DNA of 33,463 nucleotides from Chitinophagaceae bacterium (GTDB taxonomy: Bacteria > Bacteroidota > Bacteroidia > Chitinophagales > Chitinophagaceae), in contig JANPAT010000149.1 in assembly GCA_031430075.1 (NCBI GenBank), forward strand, positions 1-33,463. The letters run 5' to 3'. Under the pieces are notes generated by a model. That model ran no database searches and was not told where the DNA came from. It saw nothing but the letters and a program-made list of their open reading frames with translations. The position numbers and the translations under genes are program-made. Below are positions 8,303 to 16,404 of the stretch, one piece after another (position 1 is the stretch's first letter; each line of letters begins with the position of its first letter).

Positions 8303-8400
8303 TTATGAATTATGAATGTTGAATTATGAATGAAAGTAAAAACAAACCAGAAACCAAAAACAATAAACGAGAAACAACAAACAAAACCAGAAACTAAAAG
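8303..8400. repeat. Low-complexity spacer: tandem heptads followed by a periodic A/C-rich tract
   Basis: Heptads ttatgaa ttatgaa tgttgaa ttatgaa occupy 8303-8330. A nearly T-free A/C tract follows at 8337-8400. It contains aaaccagaaac at 8344 and 8384, and aaacgagaaac at 8365. The whole region fills the gap between convergent genes. Confidence 0.7.
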
Positions 8401-9411
8401 CTAAACCATCATTCCTTCAATCCTCTTAAAGCCTTGTGCAGCTTGTAATTCCTCCCAAAGAATTTCGTAAATAGTTAATGCAATAGGTATATTACTTTTT
8501 ACAATTTCGTTTTGTATTTTAATACACTTACTTGCATTATAACCTTCAGCAACCATATTCAATTCTAGTTGTGCCGCTTTAACACTGTACCCTTTACCAA
8601 TCATATTTCCAAAGGTTCTGTTTCTACTGTATAGTGAATAGCAGGTTACTAATAAATCGCCTAAGTAAACACTTGCAGCATAATTAATTTTCTTTTGTTC
8701 TTCTTCAGTTTCTTTATTCCAAACCAATTGTTTTAAAAATCGAACCATTTCATCTGCAGCATTTGTAATATATACACTTAAAAAATTATCACCATATTCC
8801 AAGCCATGTGCAATGCCAGCACCTAGTGCATAAATATTTTTTAAAATGGCAGCATATTGCACTCCAATCACATCATGGTTAGTAACAATATTTAAATATT
8901 CTGTTTTAAAGTACTTGCCAATTTCTAAAGCTTTTGTTTCATCAATTCCACTAAATGTTAAATAGCTTAATTTTTCTGCAGCAACTTCTTCTGCATGGCA
9001 TGGACCTAAAACTGTGTAATAATCATTTATACTAAAATCAAAATGTTCGGCTAAAAACTCATTCAATAATTGATTTTTTGATGGAAGAATACCTTTAATG
9101 GCAGAAACAATTTTTTTATTTTTAAAAGCATTTTTATCTAATTGTAATAATGCACTTTCTGCAAAAGCAGATGGTGTTGCAATTACTAAAACATCGCTAT
9201 TGGCAACTACTTCAGCAATATTGTTGCTTAGTCTTAATTGATTGGTATTAAAATATGCTGAATGTAAATAGTGTGGATTATGCCTTCTTGTTTCTATAGT
9301 TTTTATGGTTTCAGTATTTCTTACCCACCAATTTAAAGAGTTGCCATTATCTGTTACTAATTTAGATAAAGCTGTTGCCCAACTGCCACTTCCAATCATT
9401 CCAAATTGCAT
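8401..9411 (-). CDS. gpsA: NAD(P)H-dependent glycerol-3-phosphate dehydrogenase
   Basis: N-terminal Rossmann motif IGSGSWATAL. The segments GPCHAEEVA and NxxAxGxGxxxGL-like (NIYALGAGIAHGLEYGDN) are typical of GpsA, as is the C-terminal VAEGYNASK. Size is 336 aa. Confidence 0.9.
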   Translation of the reverse strand: MQFGMIGSGSWATALSKLVTDNGNSLNWWVRNTETIKTIETRRHNPHYLHSAYFNTNQLRLSNNIAEVVANSDVLVIATPSAFAESALLQLDKNAFKNKKIVSAIKGILPSKNQLLNEFLAEHFDFSINDYYTVLGPCHAEEVAAEKLSYLTFSGIDETKALEIGKYFKTEYLNIVTNHDVIGVQYAAILKNIYALGAGIAHGLEYGDNFLSVYITNAADEMVRFLKQLVWNKETEEEQKKINYAASVYLGDLLVTCYSLYSRNRTFGNMIGKGYSVKAAQLELNMVAEGYNASKCIKIQNEIVKSNIPIALTIYEILWEELQAAQGFKRIEGMMV

Positions 9412-9432
9412 TGTTGCTATATTTGATTATTA

Positions 9433-9440
9433 CAAATGTA
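9433..9440 (-). promoter_or_regulatory. Candidate Bacteroidota -7 promoter box (TACATTTG on minus strand)
   Basis: The reverse complement of caaatgta is an exact TAnnTTTG match. Its G lies 21 nt upstream of the gpsA ATG. Confidence 0.3.
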
Positions 9441-9502
9441 AAAGAATTTATAACTATTTCATCTCATAAATCATAGCATAAAATTTACAATAATACTATA
9501 AC

Positions 9503-10465
9503 ATGAAGAAACTATTTCGAATACTGTTAATGAGTGTAATATTTTTTATTTTTAGTTGTAAAGAAAAAAATAATTTACCAACAGTTGCATTTATTGATGC
9601 ATTTGAAGACAATACTATTGCAAAAGCAAAACAAGGTTTTTTTGATGCTTTGAAAAAAAATGGATTTAGTGAAGAGCAAAAAACCATTAATGTTATTTAT
9701 AGAAATGCACAAGGCAATATTCCTACACTTACACAAATTGTTCAATATTGTAAATCAGAAAAAGTAAATTTAATTGCTACGTGCCCCTCAATATCTACTA
9801 TTGCTGCAATTCAAAATATTCAAGATATTCCAGTATTCATGATGGTTTCACCAAAACCATCACTCATGAAAATTAATACAAAAGATGGTAAAGCACCTGC
9901 AAACCTTTTCGGTGTTGGAGAAGATTTAAGTTATATCGATACTTCATTTGGATTAATTCAAAAATTATTGAATAAAAAACAAAAAATTAAGGTTGGAATG
10001 ATTTTTAATCAAAGTGAACCTCAAAGTGTTGATGCTTTAAACCATATAAAAACTTTAGCCCAACAAATGAATATTGAGTTAATTACATTACCTATAAATT
10101 CTAGTGCTGAAACTCAATTAGTCACTCAGTCATTACTTTCAAAAAATATTGATGTATTTTTTGCCAATCCAGATAATGTGGTGTTTGCTTCTTTCGAAAC
10201 CATTATTCAATCTTGCAACCATGCAAAAGTGCCAGTATTTACAAGCGAAGCAGGCTTAGTAGCACGTGGTGCAGTTGCAGCTTATGGTGCAGATATGTAT
10301 GCTTGGGGTTATCAGGCAGGTGAACAAGCAGCACAATATTTAAAAATAAAATCTACAAAAAATTTACATTGGCAGATGGTAGAATTAAGAAAAAAAGTAT
10401 ACAACCAAAAAATTGCTCAGAAATATGGCATCATTGTTGATTCTAGCTTCGAGTCTATAAATTAA
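9503..10465 (+). CDS. ABC transporter substrate-binding lipoprotein (ABC_sub_bind / PF04392-like)
   Basis: Lipobox FIFSCKEK. The periplasmic-binding fold pattern includes VAFIDAFED, NLIATCPS, KVGMIFN and PVFTSEAGLVARGAVAAYGADMYAWGYQAGEQAAQYLK. No permease or ATPase gene is adjacent. Confidence 0.7.
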   Translation: MKKLFRILLMSVIFFIFSCKEKNNLPTVAFIDAFEDNTIAKAKQGFFDALKKNGFSEEQKTINVIYRNAQGNIPTLTQIVQYCKSEKVNLIATCPSISTIAAIQNIQDIPVFMMVSPKPSLMKINTKDGKAPANLFGVGEDLSYIDTSFGLIQKLLNKKQKIKVGMIFNQSEPQSVDALNHIKTLAQQMNIELITLPINSSAETQLVTQSLLSKNIDVFFANPDNVVFASFETIIQSCNHAKVPVFTSEAGLVARGAVAAYGADMYAWGYQAGEQAAQYLKIKSTKNLHWQMVELRKKVYNQKIAQKYGIIVDSSFESIN

Positions 10466-10495
10466 AATCAATTATAGGCATTAAAAAATTACAAA

Positions 10496-10858
10496 ATGAA
10501 TATAAAATCTTATTTACTACTATCAGTAATCTTCTTCAGTTTTTTTGCTTCATGCAAAAAAGAAGTTTCCTTACCTCAACTTACTTTTGCAAATAATATT
10601 AGTGAAGGTACTGCTAATGCAAGTGGAGAGTATACTATAACCGGACATATTAGTTCTGTTGTTCGATTAGATAAAGTAGTTGTAACCAAAGAAGGTCAGT
10701 CGTCTTATTTTATTCTTGATGAAACAACAGCCAAAAATAAAAATGAATATGATTTTTCATATTTAATAACTGGAATAACTGTCAATACATATATCATTAT
10801 TGATGTTTATGACCAAAATGGCGGAAAAACTTCGTATCGTTTTCTAATTAAAAAATAA
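10496..10858 (+). CDS. Small hypothetical lipoprotein
   Basis: 120-aa ORF with signal peptide plus lipobox (FFASCKKE). The body is beta-rich. No family was recognised. Confidence 0.55.
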   Translation: MNIKSYLLLSVIFFSFFASCKKEVSLPQLTFANNISEGTANASGEYTITGHISSVVRLDKVVVTKEGQSSYFILDETTAKNKNEYDFSYLITGITVNTYIIIDVYDQNGGKTSYRFLIKK

Positions 10859-10891
10859 TTTTTTCTAAGTGGTTTAAAGTGATATAATTTA

Positions 10892-11458
10892 TTATTTATT
10901 CCACCGTAACACTGCTTCTGCAATTCTTTTACCCAATGCCTCTCCTTTTAATAAAAATTGCTGTTGAATGGGTTCTTTAAAAGGAGGTTCATTTGTTATA
11001 GCTGAAGCTCCAAAAGCAGATTGCCAATCATTTCCACCAATAATTACCATACCAAATATCAGCATAGCATGTATTAAATTTGTTTGAGCCAATTCTTCGC
11101 CAGAAGAAATACCTCCACCACTTACAAATACAGCTCCTATTTTATTTTTGAGCGGTTGATTTTTGAATGGCCATTTTTTTATAAAGGCTAATACTTCAGG
11201 TGCTGGATTGGCATTATAAACAGGACTTCCAACTATTATTGCATCAGCATTGATCAAATCTTGTTCAGTAGTTTTATCAATTGTTTTTATCACTAAAGAA
11301 ATTCCTTCTACAGATTGTACGCCTTTGGCTATAGCATCTGCTAAAATTTTAGTATTATCTGTTTCTGAATAATATGTAATGAGAATTTGATGTTTGCTTT
11401 GGGCTAAAACATTATAATTAAGTAATAGTAACACGAAAGTGGTAATTAAGTTTTTCAT
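10892..11458 (-). CDS. Flavodoxin/WrbA-fold protein with predicted Sec signal peptide
   Basis: After the signal MKNLITTFVLLLLNYNVLAQ, the mature part starts ILITYYSETDNTKILA (flavodoxin-like FMN loop). The segments IIVGSPVYNANP and IGAVFVSGGG resemble NAD(P)H:quinone oxidoreductase or flavodoxin-family proteins. Confidence 0.7.
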   Translation of the reverse strand: MKNLITTFVLLLLNYNVLAQSKHQILITYYSETDNTKILADAIAKGVQSVEGISLVIKTIDKTTEQDLINADAIIVGSPVYNANPAPEVLAFIKKWPFKNQPLKNKIGAVFVSGGGISSGEELAQTNLIHAMLIFGMVIIGGNDWQSAFGASAITNEPPFKEPIQQQFLLKGEALGKRIAEAVLRWNK

Positions 11459-11539
11459 TTTTCTAAATAGTTATTAAAAATATCAAGTTTTCAACTAATC
11501 AACAACTTAACCAAACAACAATAATTCACTGCCTTGCTT

Positions 11540-11547
11540 TACATTTG
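11540..11547 (+). promoter_or_regulatory. Candidate Bacteroidota -7 promoter box (TACATTTG)
   Basis: Exact TAnnTTTG match ending 16 nt upstream of the 11564 ATG. No well-spaced -33 TTG was seen. Confidence 0.3.
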
Positions 11548-11563
11548 CCAAAAATAAATTATT

Positions 11564-12748
11564 ATGGCAGTTAGAGCAGATTTGTTTCAATCTCCAGATT
11601 ATTATTTACTCGATGAATTATTGACAGATGAACATAAATTAATTAGAGATACAGTTCGTAATTATGTAAAAAAAGAGATTTCTCCTATCATAGAAGATTA
11701 TGCAGAACGTGCTACTTTTCCTGAACATATTGTAAAACAAATGGGTGATTTGGGTTGTTTTGGCCCAACCTTACCTACTGAATATGGTTGTGGTGGCTTA
11801 GATTATATTAGCTATGGATTAATGATGCAAGAGCTAGAACGTGGTGATAGTGGGGTTCGTAGCACAGCAAGTGTACAAGGCAGTTTAGTAATGTTTCCTA
11901 TTTATGCTTATGGCAACGAAGCACAAAGAAAAAAATATTTACCCAAGCTTGCAAGTGGAGAATGGTTGGGTTGCTTTGGATTAACAGAACCCAATCATGG
12001 TAGCGATCCATCTTCAATGCTTACTAATATTAAGGATGCAGGAGATTATGTTATTTTAAATGGTGCAAAAATGTGGATCAGTAATGCTCCTTTTAGTCAG
12101 GTTGCAGTAGTTTGGGCTAAAAATGAACAAGGCGAAATTCAAGGGCTCATTGTTGAAAGAGGAATGGAAGGTTTTTCAACTCCAACAACACATGGCAAAT
12201 GGAGTTTACGTGCTAGTGCAACAGGTGAGTTAGTTTTTGATAATGTTAAAGTGCCAAAAGAAAATATTTTACCTAATGTAAAAGGATTAAAGGGTCCATT
12301 AGGTTGTTTAACCAAAGCTCGTTATGGTATTGCATGGGGAACTTTAGGTGCTGCAATGGATTGCTATGATACAGCCTTACGATATAGTAAAGAACGTGAA
12401 CAATTTGGTAAACCTATTGGTGGATTTCAGTTACAACAAAAAAAATTAGCTGAAATGATTACTGAAATTACGAAAGCACAATTATTAGTTTGGCGTTTAG
12501 GAGTATTAATGAATGAGGGAAGAGCTACACCACAACAAGTGAGTATGGCTAAAAGAAATAGCTGTGAAATTGCTACTAACATTGCTCGTGATGCTCGACA
12601 AATGCTTGGAGGAATGGGTATTACAGGTGAATACAGCATTATGAGGCATATGATGAATTTAGAAAGTGTAATTACTTATGAAGGAACACATGATATTCAT
12701 TTATTAATAACAGGAATGGATGTTACAGGCTTCAATGCATTTAAATAG
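11564..12748 (+). CDS. gcdH: Acyl-CoA dehydrogenase, glutaryl-CoA dehydrogenase-like
   Basis: GCFGLTEPNHGSDPSSM is present, and the C-terminal ITYEGTHDIHLLITG closely follows the GCDH signature. Size is 394 aa. Confidence 0.8.
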   Translation: MAVRADLFQSPDYYLLDELLTDEHKLIRDTVRNYVKKEISPIIEDYAERATFPEHIVKQMGDLGCFGPTLPTEYGCGGLDYISYGLMMQELERGDSGVRSTASVQGSLVMFPIYAYGNEAQRKKYLPKLASGEWLGCFGLTEPNHGSDPSSMLTNIKDAGDYVILNGAKMWISNAPFSQVAVVWAKNEQGEIQGLIVERGMEGFSTPTTHGKWSLRASATGELVFDNVKVPKENILPNVKGLKGPLGCLTKARYGIAWGTLGAAMDCYDTALRYSKEREQFGKPIGGFQLQQKKLAEMITEITKAQLLVWRLGVLMNEGRATPQQVSMAKRNSCEIATNIARDARQMLGGMGITGEYSIMRHMMNLESVITYEGTHDIHLLITGMDVTGFNAFK

Positions 12749-12830
12749 TTGTATCCCTTAATTCAAGGGGGTATGCTTGGTATTTTAATTGCTAATTTTA
12801 CAGCCTAGTATTATAAATCCTTTGAAGTAA

Positions 12831-13376
12831 ATGAAAAGTAGCGTTAAGAATTTTTGCATTATTGTTCTCCTTTTTTCTGTTACCTCTTGTAATAGAAAAT
12901 CGATTTTTACAACAGACATAAGAAAAAATGTTGAGGATTTAAATTTGAGTTTAACCAAGCTTCAATATTACATAGATAATGATATTATTCTATCGAGAGA
13001 AGTGAGTAAAGACACAGGAAAAATAAATGCAGGAATTTTTATTTATCAAGATGGAAAATATTATCAAAACATAAAACTAAAAGCCAGTACAAGAGGTATT
13101 TGTACAACTGTTTTTCCAGATAGATTACATATTTCATTTGAAAAAGGCGATAATAAATATTTAGTTTTTGCTACACCAAATTCTTTACGAGAAGATAAAA
13201 CCTACCAATTGCTTGCAGACGCTTCATCTCGAAATGATGATCACATCATTCAATACGATGGTAAATTGTATAAATTATTTGTAGATAAAAATTGGCCTAA
13301 ATTAGTAATTGGTAAAAAGCTCATTAATAAAGAAAAATACGATGGTCGAATTATGAAAGGCCAAAGAGTAAAATAA
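12831..13376 (+). CDS. Hypothetical lipoprotein
   Basis: 181-aa ORF with signal peptide and lipobox (FSVTSCNRK). No family was recognised. Confidence 0.5.
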   Translation: MKSSVKNFCIIVLLFSVTSCNRKSIFTTDIRKNVEDLNLSLTKLQYYIDNDIILSREVSKDTGKINAGIFIYQDGKYYQNIKLKASTRGICTTVFPDRLHISFEKGDNKYLVFATPNSLREDKTYQLLADASSRNDDHIIQYDGKLYKLFVDKNWPKLVIGKKLINKEKYDGRIMKGQRVK

Positions 13377-13408
13377 AGTAATATTGCAAAAGTCATTCAA
13401 TTTTTGCA

Positions 13409-13957
13409 ATGTCATCTTCTTCAACAACATCATCATCAAAAAAAAACAACCTCTTTTTCATAGTTGGTCTAATGGGTACAGGTAAAACCCACTGGGCTAA
13501 AGCTCTTGCTCAAAAAAACAAATATAAATTTATTGATTTAGATGAGCTGGTTGAATCTAAAAACAATAATTCTATTTTAAAATTATTTAATGAGTTTGGT
13601 GAAGATGCTTTTAGAAAAAAAGAACATGAAACCTTAGTTGAATTATTTTCAGTTAACGAAAAAACAATCATAGCAACCGGTGGTGGAACTCCTTGCTTTT
13701 TTGATAATATGAATTTGATGAATCAAAATGGTATAACTATTTGGCTGAATGATTCTATTGAAAGTATTTGTGAAAGATTAGAAAGTAACAAATCATCTCG
13801 TCCATTAATTGCACATGAATCAAATGCTCATTTAAAAAATACAATATCAAACTTGTATCATACCAGGTTAAATTTTTATAACTTGGCTAGATATTCTTTA
13901 ACAGGTGTTGAAATCAATGTAGAACATTTACAAAACATTATAAATATTTATGCATAA
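13409..13957 (+). CDS. aroK: Shikimate kinase
   Basis: P-loop GLMGTGKT, then FIDLDELVE, then ATGGGTP. The N-terminus has a Ser-rich tail. The gene overlaps the next one by 8 nt. Confidence 0.85.
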   Translation: MSSSSTTSSSKKNNLFFIVGLMGTGKTHWAKALAQKNKYKFIDLDELVESKNNNSILKLFNEFGEDAFRKKEHETLVELFSVNEKTIIATGGGTPCFFDNMNLMNQNGITIWLNDSIESICERLESNKSSRPLIAHESNAHLKNTISNLYHTRLNFYNLARYSLTGVEINVEHLQNIINIYA

Positions 13958-14336
13958 AAAAATTTTAGTTGTAAGTGCAATTTTCGCAGCATTATCAGTA
14001 ATTCTAGGAGCTTTTGCAGCACATGCATTAGCCGATGTTTTAAATACTTCACAACACAAAACGTTTGAAACAGCAGTACGTTATCAAATGTATCATGCAT
14101 TAGCTATGGGTTTATGTGCTTCATTATATATTCAAAAACCAAGTAAATTATTACAAAATGCTGCTGTTTTATTTGGTATTGGTATTGTGCTTTTTTCTGG
14201 TTCATTGTATAGTTTAATATTTTTAAATTTATTTAACACAGAAGGGTTTAAGTTTATAGGTGCAATAACTCCAATTGGGGGAGTTTCTTTTATTATTGGT
14301 TGGCTTATGATAATAAAAGCTGTTGTGAAATGGTAA
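13950..14336 (+). CDS. DUF423 (YgdD-like) membrane protein
   Basis: 128 aa with four hydrophobic segments. LGAFAAHAL and AVRYQMYHALA are typical of DUF423. Confidence 0.8.
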   Translation: MHKKILVVSAIFAALSVILGAFAAHALADVLNTSQHKTFETAVRYQMYHALAMGLCASLYIQKPSKLLQNAAVLFGIGIVLFSGSLYSLIFLNLFNTEGFKFIGAITPIGGVSFIIGWLMIIKAVVKW

Positions 14337-14362
14337 TAGATGATAACAATAAAAAATAAATT

Positions 14363-15043
14363 ATGGATGTAGCTTATAAAATACTTTTAGTAGAGGATGA
14401 AGTGAAATTGAGTAAAGTAATTCAAGAAGAATTAATTGCTGAAGGTTATGAAGTTGATATTGCTTTAGATGGTCTTATTGCTGAAGAGAAATTCTTGAAG
14501 AATACTTACACTTTAATTATTTTGGATATTAGTATTCCTAAAAAAAATGGTTTTGAATTATGCAAAACATTTCGAGAAACTAATAGTAAAATTCCTATTA
14601 TAATGCTTACCGCTTTGGGCGAGATACAAGATAAAATTCAGGCATTTAATTTAGGAGCTGATGATTTTATAGTGAAGCCATTTCATTTTAGAGAATTGAT
14701 TGCCCGGATAAAAGTTTTTTTAAAAAGAACAGATAGTGAGCAAAAAGAAAATATTATTGGTGTACACGATTTAGAAGTGCACTGTGATAAAAAAACTGCT
14801 TTTCGTGGAGGTAAAGAAATTCCATTGACTGTTAAGGAATTTACTTTGTTAAAATTACTGTTAGATAATCAAGGCAAACCCACATCAAAACAAGAAATTT
14901 TAGAAAAAGTTTGGGATTTAAGTTTTGATACTGGGACCAATACTATAGAAGTCTATATTAATTTTTTAAGGAATAAAATTGATAAACCTTTTGAACGAAA
15001 ATTAATTTATACCAAGTCGGGTTATGGTTATTTAATTAAATAA
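14363..15043 (+). CDS. OmpR-family response regulator
   Basis: Receiver domain: LLVEDE, phospho-acceptor context LIILDISIP, and KPF. The C-terminal winged-helix ends in YGYLIK. Confidence 0.9.
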   Translation: MDVAYKILLVEDEVKLSKVIQEELIAEGYEVDIALDGLIAEEKFLKNTYTLIILDISIPKKNGFELCKTFRETNSKIPIIMLTALGEIQDKIQAFNLGADDFIVKPFHFRELIARIKVFLKRTDSEQKENIIGVHDLEVHCDKKTAFRGGKEIPLTVKEFTLLKLLLDNQGKPTSKQEILEKVWDLSFDTGTNTIEVYINFLRNKIDKPFERKLIYTKSGYGYLIK

Positions 15044-15048
15044 TTATT

Positions 15049-16404
15049 GTGAATTTAAAATTTCGTTTTGCTTTGTTGTTTACCCTAGTTGTAGCATTCA
15101 TTCAGGCTATTACTTGTTTTTCAATTTATTATTTTTATGCCGATCATCGAAAAGTAGATTATCAAACTAAATTAAAGAGCGAAGCATTGCTAGCTTACGA
15201 TGCATATTTGAATGAGAGTTTTTTTAAGAACGATACTACAAATCTGTTACCTGCTGGGTTTAATAACAAAGTAATGTATAATAGGTATGTTGTTATTTAT
15301 ACAGACAATCAAAAACCAATTGCACTATTACCTAACAATGCCAAAATTGAATTACAAAAAAACGATTTTGAAAAAATAAAAAATGCAAATGAATATTATT
15401 TTAGCAATGGCGAAAGAGAATATTTAGGTATTTATCTTAAAGAAAAAAAGCAATTTATTGTAACATCAGCAATTGATGTTGAAGGATTAGCCAAACTTTC
15501 TAATCTTAAATTAATTTTAATTATCGTCTTTTTTTCAAGTATTTTATTAGCCGCATTTTGTAGTTACTTTTTTGTAAATTCTGCTTTACGGCCTTTGAAA
15601 ATATTAATGCATGAAATTCAGCAAACTACCGAAAGCAGTTTATGGAAAAAAGTAAACGAAGGAAATGGAAAAGACGAAATAGCAAAAATTGCCATCAACT
15701 ACAATAATGTTTTGGGCAGATTAAAAAACGCTTTCGAAACGCAGCAAATATTTGTGCAACAAGCTTCACATGAACTGAGAACACCTTTAACTGTAATGTA
15801 TGCTACTACTGAGTCTGCTTTAAATAAAAAACATTCAGAAAAAGAATATATTAATGTTTTATTATCATTAAAAGAAGAACAAATTAATTTAATTGAACTT
15901 ACTAATTCTCTTTTAGTATTATATCAATTAGATAAACATAAAAATTATCATCATTGGAATTCATTAAGGATTGATGAGTTGCTTTATGATGCAGTAAGTT
16001 ATTGTAAAAAAATATTTCCAGGAATTTCAATAGATTTTTCTTTTGAAAATTTACCTGAAGAAAAAAACTTAACTATTGAAGGGAATGAGAGTTTATTAAA
16101 GGCAGCACTAATTAATTTATTAAAAAATGCTTTTTTATATTCTGATGATAAAAAATTAAATATTTCTATAGTTGCTTTAGATTATTCAATGCAAATTCAT
16201 TTTGATAATAAAGGCACTCATTTAACTCAACATGAAATAGAAATACTTAAAAAACCTTTTGTAAGAAGTCAAGATATTGGTATAATAAAAGGTATTGGTT
16301 TGGGATTATCAATAGTTGAAAAAGTATTAACCTTCCATAATGGACATTTAATTTATACTGCTATGCCTAATTCTATTAACAGATTTACTGTTCAGTTAAA
16401 ATAA
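15049..16404 (+). CDS. Sensor histidine kinase (two TM segments, periplasmic loop)
   Basis: GTG start 5 nt after the regulator stop. H-box ASHELRTPLT. The N and G boxes are LLKNAFLYS and GIGLGLSIVEKV. TM segments lie near residues 5-28 and 152-175. Confidence 0.85.
   Translation: MNLKFRFALLFTLVVAFIQAITCFSIYYFYADHRKVDYQTKLKSEALLAYDAYLNESFFKNDTTNLLPAGFNNKVMYNRYVVIYTDNQKPIALLPNNAKIELQKNDFEKIKNANEYYFSNGEREYLGIYLKEKKQFIVTSAIDVEGLAKLSNLKLILIIVFFSSILLAAFCSYFFVNSALRPLKILMHEIQQTTESSLWKKVNEGNGKDEIAKIAINYNNVLGRLKNAFETQQIFVQQASHELRTPLTVMYATTESALNKKHSEKEYINVLLSLKEEQINLIELTNSLLVLYQLDKHKNYHHWNSLRIDELLYDAVSYCKKIFPGISIDFSFENLPEEKNLTIEGNESLLKAALINLLKNAFLYSDDKKLNISIVALDYSMQIHFDNKGTHLTQHEIEILKKPFVRSQDIGIIKGIGLGLSIVEKVLTFHNGHLIYTAMPNSINRFTVQLK

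Noticed and set aside
8303-8400. Short tandem repeats considered as a CRISPR-like or minisatellite array
   Set aside because: The units are 7-11 nt with no repeat-spacer architecture and no cas genes. This is simple low-complexity sequence.
9496-9687. 63-aa minus-strand ORF overlapping the substrate-binding lipoprotein start
   Set aside because: It is an antisense shadow. The plus-strand frame has a proper signal peptide and lipobox.
12427-12639. 70-aa minus-strand ORF inside the acyl-CoA dehydrogenase gene
   Set aside because: It is an antisense shadow within a strongly conserved region.
12755-12769. Small hairpin cccttaattcaaggg after the acyl-CoA dehydrogenase stop, considered as a terminator
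   Set aside because: The stem is only 5 bp and no adjacent T-run follows. That is too weak to call.
13383-13410. 9-bp inverted repeat (attgcaaaa / ttttgcaat) whose 3' arm overlaps the aroK ATG. A similar one (ttggtaaaa / ttttaccaa, 19215-19248) abuts the pyrF ATG. Both were considered as start-codon-occluding hairpins.
   Set aside because: My rough estimate is that several 9-bp AT-rich inverted repeats with short loops are expected by chance in this window. There is no supporting covariation or T-run.
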